Assembly: GCF_001194135.2 (NCBI RefSeq)
Contig: NC_068996.1
Location: 9,367,436 to 9,431,435, forward strand
Origin: Octopus bimaculoides
Taxonomy: Eukaryota
Length of the DNA: 64,000 bases
Reading direction: 5' to 3'
The first letter of the stretch is position 1, and each line of letters begins with the position of its first letter. The notes beneath the pieces are model-generated. The model had not been told where the DNA came from. It worked only from the letters and a program-made list of their open reading frames with translations, and searched no databases. This document shows positions 14,049-27,063 of this stretch, one piece after another. The translations under genes and the position numbers were made by a program.

Positions 14049-14300
14049 ATATATATATATATATATAATCAAGGCAATATACACATTACAGCTCACATAC
14101 TCATAATTATGGTGACTCACACACACAGATGAAATCATGGCAACTCACACACAGAAGCATCCAGACATACACACCAAGGCTTGAGGCACGTGTGCACACA
14201 CACACACACACACACCACAAGCATCATATGCTCACACAAACATACATACACACACCACAGGGCATTCACACACAAAAAAAAACACACACACACATGGATA
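12950..14300. repeat. Degenerate minisatellite (CACACATACAATCACAGCAACC-like, about 22-30 nt units) flanking a gap
   Basis: Recurrent aatcacag motif at short, irregular spacing. Confidence 0.65.
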
Positions 14301-17300
14301 CATAGACACTCTTGCAAGTACATATGCACACTCACCATGTAAGAGTCTGACGAGACAGAGCACATCACATGATTTTGTGGGGACTTCCTGCTCGCTCGGT
14401 GGGTGGGTGAACAGAGGAGTTGTGAGTTGTTGCTAGTGGTGGTGGTGGGTGCTTAATTTAAATGTTTGGTTTGTTGCTGTTCCGTTGGGGGTGTGACTCG
14501 GGTGGTGGTGGTGGTGGTGGTGGAGGAGGAAGTAATTGTGCCTCCATCCCACTGCACCACCCACAGCGTTTAGTACCCAGGGTATAAGGAAGTGAGTCAG
14601 AGCAAGGGTATAACAAGGAAAATAGATACACACACACACACAGAGGAGTGATATGGCTGGGTTCAGGGTGTGTGTGTGTGTGGTGATGTTAATCAAAGAA
14701 GAGGATGGAACTGTTTGTTAGAAATAATAAGATTTCCTAAACAGATGTATCAAACCAGTCAGTCGTCATGTCTAGTCATGTGTGCATGAATATCTGTCAG
14801 TTGGTCAGAGGTTTCTCTGTAGACCACTTATCATTCGTCATGAGCATGAAAAGAGAACACTAAATATTTATTGTTTTGTTTTTTTTTTACTTTCTATTGC
14901 CACTAACCCTTCTTGGACAAGGCCCATAACTCTGTCTGTTTCAAGGTTATCTAACTGGAAATAGTTGAAGAAGGTTTGGGTTTTTTTTTTTTTTACCACT
15001 TACTTAGCTTACAGTTTAACTCTTTTGATATCAGCCCACCCAAGACCACCCCTACTTATTTCTATAGGACACATACTTCCTATTTTTAACCCTTCACCAT
15101 TTAAACTGGTTATATCCAAGCCAGATATTCTACCTGTTTTATGTACTACCAGGCCAAATCCAACCGTTCACATCTACCTCACAATGTCATTTTTAAAATA
15201 AGTGACCACGTCATTGAAATCTTGAAGCTACAAGATAATGTGTGCGATTGATTAAAATCAGTATGATTAAATAAGCAATACATTTGATAAAATAATCTGA
15301 ATACTAAAGGATTAAAGTGATCTAAGTTAAAATCTCAGGTTAATTTATGTTCCAAAAATACCAGCTTATTTTTCTGGATTCCTCATAGTTTCCAAAATCA
15401 AGTGTAATAAGAAGGTGTATTTCAAAAATAAATGCGGCCCCTATGAAAATGCATAAATTTGTTACAGTGCTTATTTCAGCAACATATCTAAAGTGAGCTA
15501 ATTAGGGCATCACTAATTCATAGTTGTCATAACTTCCTTATGTGCCCCCCACCCAGACAAATCTGTGCACTTGGACCTGTTGTATTTTTTGTTGACAACA
15601 AGCCATAGTATATACATAAATCAGAACTGGGGCTGCTAGACCTGTGATGCCCCTGGGGAAACTACCCAGTGTGACTATGCCTTAGGATGGCCCTGATCTC
15701 TACATGGTCATTGCAACTGAAATAGCAATCAAATCTCCCTCAAATCACCAATACCCCCCAATGTCTAAGGAAGGAATGTATTCAATAACATGGTCATGGA
15801 TTCCTTAAACACACATATGCATGCACACACACACACACACACACACACATACATGCGTGTGCACACACAAAAGTAAGTCACTGGTCGAACCCATTTGATC
15901 ACAAGACTGCTCTGTCATTGCTGGGTTGGGGTTAAACAGCAACAACAACAATATATTTTAATGCCAACAAATGAGATGGCCTTTAGGTGGTCACTTATGC
16001 TGCTAGAGATAGCTGTCAAATCTCCCTCCAGCCACACCTTGGGTTGTTAAAGAAAGAAAGGACAATGCACTTTGTTAATGTGTAATTTCTAAGTTAATTG
16101 TATCTGAATAAATTAAGAGTGAATCACATTGTTGTTTGTGGGTCTGCTAGTGCTGCTTGAATTTAAACACCACTATCGCCACTCCCTCCTTTACCACTTC
16201 TGCATCTTTTGGCCCCTCCCCCGTCACCACCATCCACTATCACAACTACTATCACAACCAACCACCACTACTACTACTACAGCTACTTCCAGTCTCTACT
16301 ACTTCCCCATCACCACTACCTTCACTTCCTCTTCAACCATTAACCATCACCTATTCAACCTAATAGGGACATTTGATGCAGTCATATGACTGGCTAGAAA
16401 TAGCAACCAAATCCCCTCTAAGTTACACCCTACCGTCTATTTAAAAAAAAAAATATATATANNNNNNNNNNNNNNNNNNNNNNNNNNNNNNNNNNNNNNN
16501 NNNNNNNNNNNNNNNNNNNNNNNNNNNNNNNNNNNNNNNNNNNNNNNNNNNNNNNNNNNNNNNNNNNNNNNNNNNNNNNNNNNNNNNNNNNNNNNNNNNN
16601 NNNNNNNNNNNNNNNNNNNNNNNNNNNNNNNNNNNNNNNNNNNNNNNNNNNNNNNNNNNNNNNNNNNNNNNNNNNNNNNNNNNNNNNNNNNNNNNNNNNN
16701 NNNNNNNNNNNNNNNNNNNNNNNNNNNNNNNNNNNNNNNNNNNNNNNNNNNNNNNNNNNNNNNNNNNNNNNNNNNNNNNNNNNNNNNNNNNNNNNNNNNN
16801 NNNNNNNNNNNNNNNNAGCATCGCTTGACAACGGATGCTGGTGTGTTTACATCCCTGTAACTTAGTAGTTTGGCAAAAGTGACTGATAGAATAAGTACTA
16901 GGCTTACAAAGAATAAGTCCCGGGGTCGATTTGCTCGACTAAAAGCAGTGCTCCAGCATGGCCACAGTTACATGACTGAAACAAGTAAAAGAGTAAAAGA
17001 GAGTATAGATTGATACATACCTTATTTTAGTAGTCCTTCTTAGATAGCCCGTACCTGAAAAAATTGGTTAGTCATTGTTGGACTGTCCTTTTAATCCATA
17101 GGTCTGCTTCAACAAAGGCCATAAGTACTGAAAGGTACATTGGATAATGGATTCAAGATCTTGTTAAATTTCCTCCAACCACTTGAAGTATTTCAAACTT
17201 TCACCAAACTCCTTTTTTATTATTTTTATTTTCTACAATGATGTAATCTCTCTATTATTAATTTCTTGAGAAAACAAAATAAACTAAAAAAACAAGTAAT

Positions 17301-17917
17301 AATGTGATTATCATCACCTGTATGACAAAGACTACATTTTTTTGAAAATAATCTGTGAAAACTTGATATATTTCAAGTGGTTGTAAGGATTTTTAACAAG
17401 ACCCTGGACTCCTAGATATACATCGTTTGAATAAATATAAGATGGGCTTACAAAAGCTGGAACATGGTAGACCCACTAGGTCAAGCTAACCAGGAACAAA
17501 CATACCCTGATATTGGTGGTGCTGGTACTGGTTAACTAATTAGTCCTGTAGACTTTTTATGGTGAGGTGGGAGTGGAAAGGGGGTGAGAATTTTGAATTT
17601 ATAGCAAGCATGCCATTTTCAAGACCATTAATGTCAATAAATAACGCCAGTCCATTTCCAAATTTACCAAATGGTGTGGTGGGGATGGTTGTAGCAGCAG
17701 CATTGGTGAAGGTGGTGAGGGATCATGATTTTCTCAGATATTTTATGCTAAAATTATCAAATTCTTTCCTCTCATTTGATCTCTCTCTCTCTCTCTCTCT
17801 CTCATCAATTACTTCTACTACCATGTTTGTGTGTGTGTGTGTATATATATAGGCACAGGGATGGCTGTGTGATAAGTAGCTTGCTTACCAACCACATGGT
17901 CCCAAGTTCAGTCCCAC

Positions 17918-18222
17918 TGTGTGGCACCTTGTGTGGCACCTTGTGTGGCACCTTGTGTGGCACCTTGTGTGGCACCTTGTGTGGCACCTTGTGTGGCACC
18001 TTGTGTGNNNNNNNNNNNNNNNNNNNNNNNNNNNNNNNNNNNNNNNNNNNNNNNNNNNNNNNNNNNNNNNNNNNNNNNNNNNNNNNNNNNNNNNNNNNNN
18101 NNNNNNNNNNNNNNNNNNNNNNNNNNNNNNNCTTGCTTACCAACCACATGGTCCCAAGTTCAGTCCCACTGTGTGGCACCTTGTGTGGCACCTTGTGTGG
18201 CACCTTGTGTGGCACCTTGTGT
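17918..18222. repeat. 12-mer tandem array (GTGTGGCACCTT)n inside a SINE A head, split by an N gap
   Basis: About 7 units before and about 4 after the gap; the SINE head sequence is repeated after the gap. Confidence 0.85.
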
Positions 18223-18299
18223 GAGTGTCTTCTGCTATAGCCTCAGACCAACCAAAGCCTTGAGTGGATTTGGTAGATGGAAACTGAAAGAAGTCCATC

Positions 18300-18348
<49 letters not shown>

Positions 18349-19221
18349 TATATATACATATATATGTATGTATGTATTTGTGTGTCTGTGTTTGTCCTCC
18401 ACCATCACTTGACAAACGATGCTGGTGTGTTTATTTCCCCGTAACTTAGTGGTTTGGCAGAAGAGACAGATAGAATAAGTACTAGGCTTACAAAGAATAA
18501 GTCCTGGGGTCGATTTGTTCAACTAAAATGGCAGTGCTCCAGCATGGCCACAGTCAAATGACTGAAACAGGTAAAAGAGTATGTATATTTTGTTTCAGTC
18601 ATTAGACTGCAGCCATGCTAGGCATGTTTCATAGGGTTTAGTTGAACAAATCAACCACCATACTTTTTTTATTTCAGCTTGGTACTTATTCTATCATTCT
18701 CTTTTTTCCGAACCGCTAAGTTATGAGGATGTAAACTAACCAACATTGATTGTCAAATGGTGGTGATGGTGGTAGTGGGGAACAAAGACACACGCATACA
18801 TCAAATCCACTCACTAGGCTTTGGTTGGCCTGGGGCTATAGTGAAAGATACTTGCTCAAGGTGCTGCACAGTGGAACTGAACCCAAAACCACATGGTTGG
18901 CAAGCAAACTTCTTACCACACAGCCATGTCTGCGCCTATTGAATTTTAAAGCATTTTTGGAATTGCAAACTCGGAGAGAGTAATTTTTCCCCTCCCCCTC
19001 CCCTATGTTGGCTGCAGCTCATTAGTTGCTGGCCCCTAGCATCGAAGGGCAGAACTAAATACTGCCAGGTATTTACTACATAAAGCAGTCTACTATTCCA
19101 GCTAATTGTAATAAAAGCTTTTATTTTTACTTAATTACCACTACATAGCTTGTGTACATGATCACAAATTACTAAAAACATTGTTCTTACAGCTCTTTCA
19201 CCCAGCATAGCACTTATATTT

Positions 19222-19267
<46 letters not shown>

Positions 19268-19833
19268 NNNNNNNNNNNNNNNNNNNNNNNNNNNNNNNNN
19301 NNNNNNNNNNNNNNNNNNNNNNNNNNNNNNNNNNNNNNNNNNNNNNNNNNNNNNNNNNNNNNNNNNNNNNNNNNNNNNNNNNNNNNNNNNNNNNNNNNNN
19401 NNNNNNNNNNNNNNNNNNNNNNNNNNNNNNNNNNNNNNNNNNNNNNNNNNNNNNNNNNNNNNNNNNNNNNNNNNNNNNNNNNNNNNNNNNNNNNNNNNNN
19501 NNNNNNNNNNNNNNNNNNNNNNNNNNNNNNNNNNNNNNNNNNNNNNNNNNNNNNNNNNNNNNNNNNNNNNNNNNNNNNNNNNNNNNNNNNNNNNNNNNNN
19601 NNNNNNNNNNNNNNNNNNNNNNNNNNNNNNNNNNNNNNNNNNNNNNNNNNNNNNNNNNNNNNNNNNNNNNNNNNNNNNNNNNNNNNNNNNNNNNNNNNNN
19701 NNNNNNNNNNNNNNNNNNNNNNNNNNNNNNNNNNNNNNNNNNNNNNNNNNNNNNNNNNNNNNNNNNNNNNNNNNNNNNNNNNNNNNNNNNNNNNNNNNNN
19801 NNNNNNNNNNNNNNNNNTATATATATATATATA

Positions 19834-20925
19834 TAAGGTTGAATAAAAAGTAAGCAATGTTTTGAATCATGAAGAACTTGTACTGGATTTTTGCATAGTT
19901 TGGAATTTTTTTAAACATTCTTTATTTTTTTTTTTTTTGCAATTGTCTGATAATACAGACATAGACGTGCCCAAATGCATCGATAAATCAACATTGATTG
20001 TCTTTTGCACTGTTGTTACAATCATCTGAAATGGAACTATCAAAGCATGATATTCAAGCAATTTTGCTATTCAACTTCAAAAAAAGATGTAAAAGCAGCT
20101 GAAACTGTTTGCAATATCAGCGAAACATTTGGTGAGGAAATGACCAGTGAGTGGTCAGCTCAAAAATGGTTTAAACAATTTTGCAGTGGAGAGCTGAGCC
20201 TTGAAGATTGTGAACATAGTGGACACCCATCTGTCATCGATGACGGTCAATTAAAGACTGTCATTGAGAAAAATCCACATAAAACCACACAAAAACTTGC
20301 AAAAGAACTTGAAGTTAGCCAGAAAACTGTCTGCAACCATTCGCATGCAATTGGAAAATCAAAAAAGCTCGATTTGAAAGAAAATCATAAAATGCACAGA
20401 TATGAAATTTGCTCCTCGCTTCTTCTCCGTAACCAGACCGATCCATTTCTTGACCATATCGTAACTTGTGATGAAAAGTGGATTCTGTACAATAATAAAA
20501 ATGTTCTTCACAGTGGTTGGACCAAAATGAAGCACTGAAAATCTTCCCTAAACCCAAGCTCTTCAAAAAGAAGGTCATGGTGACTGTTTGGTGGTGTACT
20601 GCTGGACTCATCCATTATAACTTCTAAAAACCCGGGAAAACCATTACTACAGAAATATATTCCATAAAATTGCCAAAATGGATGAAAAACTGGTACTCCT
20701 TCATCACAGACTGATCAACAGAAGAGGGCCAATCATTCTTCATGACAATGCTCAACCACACATTTCACTAATGACACTCCAGAAGTTGAGGAAACCTGGC
20801 TACAGAGTTTTTCTCCAGACCTTTCTCCTACCGATTACCACTTTTTCAAGCACCTTGATGGTTTCCTGTGAGAGAAGGAGTTCAAAAATGAAACCAATGC
20901 TGAGAGTGCATTCAAAGTGTTCCTA
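19834..20925 (+). mobile_element. Decayed mariner (DD34D) DNA transposon
   Basis: HTH region plus catalytic motifs IVTCDEKWILY, KKVMVTVWW, IILHDNAQPH and SPDLSPTDYHFF across frameshifts/stops. WVPHEL linker deleted. TIR-like taaggttgaataaaaagtaa at the left end; right end truncated. Confidence 0.92.
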
Positions 20926-21186
20926 TAAATATTTACATATATCTATCTATATATATATACTTATATGTATACATACATACATACATACACATATATATAT
21001 ATATATATATATATAGCCATGGCTGTGTGATAAGAAGCCTGCTTCCCAATTACATGGTTCCAGGTTCAGTCCTACTGTGTGTCACCTTGGGCAAGTATCT
21101 TCTACTATAGACTTAGGCTGACCAAAGACTTGTAAATGGATTTGGTAGATGGAAACTGAAAGAAGCCCACTGTGTGTGTGTTTGTG

Positions 21187-21221
<35 letters not shown>

Positions 21222-23180
21222 GCACACACACACACACGCATGCCTGTGTTTATCACCCACCACTACTTGACAACCAGTGTTGGTGTGTTTACATCCTTGT
21301 AACTTAACTTGGTAAAAGGCATAGCCACAGTCAGATGACTGAAACAAGTAAAAGAATACAAGAATATTATCATCATCATCATCATCGTTTAACGTCCACT
21401 TTTCATGCTGGCATGGGTTAGACGGTTTGACTGAGGTCTGGTGAGCCAGTGGCTGCACTGAACTCCAATCTGATCTGGCAATGTTTCTACAACTGGATGC
21501 CTTTCCTAACACCAACCACTCCAGGAGGGTAGTGGGTGTTTTTTTACATGCCACCAGCACAGGAACCAGTCAGGTGGCCCTGGCATCATTCTCGTTCGGA
21601 TAGTGCTTTATATGCCACTTGGCATGGGAGCCAGTCAAACAGACCTGGCATCAACCGCATTCGGATGGTGCATTTTACCTGCCACCGGCATGGGAGCCAG
21701 TCAGTGAGCACTGGCCACGGCAATGATTTTGGTTTTATTTGACTTAACAGGTCTTCTCAAGCATATCATATCGCCCAATGCATCAAGGGTACTTTTATAT
21801 ATATATATATATNNNNNNNNNNNNNNNNNNNNNNNNNNNNNNNNNNNNNNNNNNNNNNNNNNNNNNNNNNNNNNNNNNNNNNNNNNNNNNNNNNNNNNNN
21901 NNNNNNNNNNNNNNNNNNNNNNNNNNNNNNNNNNNNNNNNNNNNNNNNNNNNNNNNNNNNNNNNNNNNNNNNNNNNNNNNNNNNNNNNNNNNNNNNNNNN
22001 NNNNNNNNNNNNNNNNNNNNNNNNNNNNNNNNNNNNNNNNNNNNNNNNNNNNNNNNNNNNNNNNNNNNNNNNNNNNNNNNNNNNNNNNNNNNNNNNNNNN
22101 NNNNNNNNNNNNNNNNNNNNNNNNNNNNNNNNNNNNNNNNNNNNNNNNNNNNNNNNNNNNNNNNNNNNNNNNNNNNNNNNNNNNGGCACATAAAAGACAC
22201 CATTTCGAGCGTGGCCGTTTTCGTGCGGGTGACACGTAAAAGCACCCACTACACTCTCTGAGTGGTTGGCGTTAGGAAGGGCATCCAGCTGTAGAAACTC
22301 TGCCAAATCAGACTGGAGCCTGGTGTTGCCATCCGGTTTCACCAGTCCTCAGTCAAATCGTCCAACCCATGCTAGCATGGAAAGCGGACGTTAAACGATG
22401 ATGATGATGATGATGATATAGGTTATGTTCACCTGCTTTGAATTTAATTATGCTGAATAATTCAAACTATCTAATCTTGCCAGATATAACCACCTCCCAC
22501 TCAGTCATCCCCTTCACACACATATACACACGTGCACACGCACCCTCACACACACACACATAAAAATACACATACAGACACACACACCCGCACCAGTATT
22601 CACATTCTTCTCTTTGTCAGTGGTGATATCTTCATTGTCCTCGCATTCCAAAGTCCTGGAGGCTAGAAACAGAACAGTTCATGCCACTGCCACCACCACC
22701 ACCACCACCACCACCATCAACAACAACAACTCCCTCCCTCCTTCCCCACCACACACACACCCACTTCAGAACTAGTTTGTTGCATACCGTCTCCACCCAG
22801 TTACACCTAGCCAATACTCACCTCGTGGTTGTCACCCCATATTATGTTGTGCTACCCATGCTCCAACCACACTACCTCCACCCCATGTATTTGTTTTCTG
22901 CTAATCCTTCTTCTCGAATTGTCTACACCAAGATGGGGTGGGAATCCTCTTTTATGTTGAGAGGTCGATTTTTTTTTTTGTTTTTGTTTTTTTTTTTAAT
23001 ATTTTGTTTAAAAAGTCCACAGGCGCAGGCATGGTTGTGTGGTAAGAAGCTTGCCTCCCAAACACATAGCTCCTGGTTCAGTCCCACTGTGTGGTTGGGA
23101 CCTTAGGCAACTGTCTTCTGCTATAGCGCCAGACCAACCAAAACCTGATGAGTGGATTTGGTAGGCAGAAACTGAAAGAA

Positions 23181-23420
23181 CTGAACTAAGTCGGCAAGCT
23201 GGCAGAACCGTTAGCATGCCGGGCGAAATGCTTAGCGGTATTTTGTCTGCCATTACATTCTGAGTTCAAATTCCGCCGAGGTCAACTTTGCATTTCAGCC
23301 TTTTGGGGTCATTAAATTAAGTACCAGTTACGCACTGGGGTCGATGTAACAGACTTAACCCCTTTGTCTGTCCTTGTTTGTCCCCTCTATGTTTAGCCCC
23401 TTATGGGCAATAAAGAAATA
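23181..23420 (+). mobile_element. SINE family B (central domain resembling the Meta domain), full length, nested in a family A SINE
   Basis: ggcaagctggcagaaccgttagc...gaggtcaactttgc...gtttagccccttatgggcaataaagaaata with a 14-bp TSD agaaactgaaagaa (23167-23180 / 23421-23434). Truncated copies at 225-725, 8940-9230, 10880-11400 and 39780-39960. Confidence 0.85.
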
Positions 23421-26400
23421 AGAAACTGAAAGAATCCTGTCATCTATATGCATGTGTTTGTATCTGCTTGACAACCGATGTCAGTGTGTTTATGTCCCTG
23501 TGACTTAGCAACTCAGCAAAAGGGACAAAATAACTATCCTAACTTCTCATTCTCTGGTCTTCTCTCTGAATCTTCATCTTCTTACAGCACACAAACTACA
23601 AATGTTTCAGCTGGATGAACATCAATCATCAGCCCATACAGGTCACTGACATTTCCCGTCATTAGACTGTGGCCATGCTGGGGCACCACCTTGAAGAATT
23701 TTAGTCAAATGAATTGACCCCAGGCCTTTTTGGCTTTTTTAAAGCCTAGTTCTTATTCTATTCAGACACAAAGACACTCATACATAGATTATCATCATCA
23801 TCATTTAATGTCTACCTTCCATGCTGGCATGATTTTGGACAGTTTGACTGGGGCCAGTAATTCATGGTTTGAAAAATACATCATGAGTTTTCTTTTCTCA
23901 GAACAAGAGTTACACACATCATAGCGGTAAAAGCAAAAGGAAGTGTTCATGGTTAATGAAAATGTCCAAGGTTAGCCAGTGCTCTGTAAGAAATATCCTA
24001 AAAATGTTTTACAAATCTTACAATTACTATTTTCTTGAACACCCCACTGACTGTCATCATTGGTAATATTGTCAATGTCTTCTCTGAAATGATTGTGTAT
24101 TAATTCCAGTTGTGTCAGTTATAAATGAAGTGATTAATAAACATTTTTTGAGTGTATATCAATCACTTAGTATCACAACTAAGTCAGTGTAATTTCTGCT
24201 TCAGCACAACATTAACTACACAAACATATTTTTACCTCTGGGGAAAATAATCCATATTAGTCTAGTCTCTAGCCTTTTGTGTATTCCATATGGGAGGCCA
24301 TACAAGGAACTTGGGGTTGCTGGTGCACACAAGCCACATACTCCAATAAGGATTGTTTGGGTTAGTAAAGTAAATGACAACATTAACCTTTTAGCATTCA
24401 GATTTCTTTGTCACCTGTAATACTCGTTTATTCACAGTTTTTAATTAATCAGGCATTGTCTTGTAGCTTCAAGATTCCAATGGTGTGTTTGTATAATTTT
24501 AGAATGACATTGTAGGGTAAGTGTGAGAGGCTGGATCTGGTCAGTTTTAACATAAGACTGGTAGAATATTTGGGTCAGATATGGCCGGATTAAGTGCTAA
24601 AGAGTTTATGACCTCTTATTGCTCCCTGGACAGTCTATACCACCCTATTACGATCCTGTCTTTTTGATGTACAGTAGTTAGGTACCAGACTTATTGTGTG
24701 ATTTGTGGCACTTTTTTTAAATAGATTGCTCATATTACAGCTTATGTAAAGTAGGTCTGTCATGCTCCTGTTCAGTATCACAAACCTATATGTTGTAACT
24801 AGCACTGCAGATGTGTTAATAGTACAGAGAGTTATTCTAACAGTTAAATTTGTTTTTCTTTTCTGTCAAAGTTTTTATTTTATTTTTTTTATTTCTCATT
24901 CAGGCACATTCCGCACAAAATACACTTCTACTCTCATTTGTAAAATATGGAAATTCAAATTTATCCAGTTCCCTCTGCTTATTCTTGCTCATTTTCTTGT
25001 TAGATTCTTGCTTTCTTCCATTGCAAAAAAGATGTGTCTCAGTCTCCATACTAAACTACTTAACGTTTGCTGAAGACACTTTCAAGCTGAGGACATTCAT
25101 AGAATACAATTTCATGGTAGATGAACTTAGTCTTTTCCCTCATCTCACTTTCTCCCCCTGTAGGTTTTTTTTTTTTTTTTCATTTTTAATTAGCCCACTT
25201 ACAGGTAAACAAGCTTCGGGTGAAAGGAAATCTAGAAATGTTGTCTGAGCAACCAGAAGCAGCATGATTGATTGTTCCTTCATTAACTCGCATATTCTGC
25301 CGTAATATTTTGTTTCATCCGTATACATTTCAGCATACATATTTTGGGAAGTTTCTGGTGGTGAAGGTGTCGAAACCAAAAGAGATTTGTCAGTTTCAGC
25401 TTTTGAGTCCTCTGCTTCTCAACAATTGTTCAGTTTTTTTTTCTTTATCAGTTTCACCTTCGACTAGTCTTGTTCGGTATTTACAATGTAAAGGATTTTC
25501 TTGCCAATGTTTTCAACTTGACACTTTCAAATAATCCCCATTTCAGGTCCCACTCACCTTAGCTCTTAACACCTGTTTGTTCTTTTAACCTGTGTTTAAT
25601 ATTTATTGTCTTTGCTGAAGACAGCAGTTTTTTTTTGTTTTTTTTTGTTTTTTGTTTTTTTCCATTTGAATATAATCCTTTGTGTGTCAGCTTTTTGGAT
25701 AGTATAATTCTAAAGGCAGTCATTATGTTTCTTATTTTCCTGTTATGTCTTGCCCAGTTCACTTTGCATTCAGTTTAACCTTTTGCCTGTCCAAAACATT
25801 TTCATAACTTTGTCCTAAATATCCACACTTGTTTTTTTAGATTTTTAGTTGGCCCTTGTTTAATATGTTCTGAATAATATAAAGCTTTGTGGTTGGAAAA
25901 AAATTATGAATGCGTATCATTTATGATACAAGGTTACCAGGGAAATATATTTTGTGTGTTACATGTGACACACAGGTAGAACAAAAAGTGAAGCAATATT
26001 TTGACTATAATGGCACCCATGCCAACGTCGTCTCCTTCATTGGATACGAAACTTGGTTTGCGAAGACTTGTTGGGGCAAGCGAAAGCGAAATCGTGATGA
26101 CACCTGTGTCCAGCGTCGCCTTCCTGGCGCTTGTGCCGGTGGAAATGGAAAAGACATTTGAGCGAGATCATTGCCAGTGCTGCTGGACTGGCTCCTGTGC
26201 AGGTGGTACGTAAAATACACCATTTTGAGCGTGGCCGTTGCCAGTACCACCTGACTGGCCTTCGTGCCGGTGGCACGTAAAAGCACCCACTACACTCTCA
26301 GAGTGGTTGGCGTTAGGAAGGGCATCCAGCTGTAGAAACTCTGCCAAATCAGATTGGAGCCTGGTGTAGCCATCTGGTTCACCAGTCCTCAGTCAAATTG

Positions 26401-26847
26401 TCCAACCCATGCTAGCATGGAAAGTGGACGTTAAACGATGATGATGATGAACTTATTACTGGAAATACTAGGTTGTCCATACCTATTAACTTGTTCTAAG
26501 TATTAACCTTCTGTGTCTATAATAGTCCTTTTTCATTTGTGTGTGTTTTATTTGGATAGCTCATGGGTTCTTTAGTATTTCTAATACTTTGGTTTGTTCA
26601 AATGCTTTATCTCTTGTCTCTGTATCTAATATTATTCTAGTAATCTTCTTAATTTTCCTTTCTTCAAACGTTTGCTTAGTGCATTTTTCTAAACCAAATT
26701 TCATATCTGTTTCTCTAGTGAATCTTTATACCATCCAAAGAATGTTTCTACCTCTTGAAATTGTTTATATAGAAAGTATGGTCTCTTATCCTTCCATAAC
26801 ATTTGTATCCAAATGCTATGATTTAACATATTGATTAGTTGTGTTAA

Positions 26848-27063
26848 CCCTTTAACATTTGTACTGGCCATATCCAACCAAAATATTCTACCTGCTTTAT
26901 GTTCAAACTAGCTTGATCTAATTTCTCTCGATTACCTTACAATATCATTCTAAAAATTAAGTTACCTCATCAAAATCTCATGGCTACAAGATAATGCATG
27001 ATTAATTCAAAACAATGAATAAATAAGAATTACGTTTCACAGAATAATGTGAATGCTAAAGGG
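26848..27063. mobile_element. piggyBac-type MITE, same family, opposite orientation
   Basis: ttaa|ccctttaacatt ... aatgctaaaggg|ttta. Confidence 0.75.

Noticed and set aside
17919-18007. Regular repeat array superficially like a CRISPR
   Set aside because: It is a spacerless 12-mer tandem repeat in eukaryotic DNA.
22621-22780. Good acceptor followed by a Thr/Asn-rich open frame in phase 1
   Set aside because: It hits a stop with no credible donor before it, and the sequence is low complexity.
23143-23172. CTGATGA...GAAA spacing like a hammerhead
   Set aside because: It is a variant of the SINE A body (ttgtgagtggatttgg...gaaactg) with no helix II or NUH.
25020-25760. Minus-strand coding-like relic (YTDETKYYGRI...)
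   Set aside because: It is probably an old retroelement, but I cannot distinguish RT from GIY-YIG by eye. A tBLASTx search is needed.
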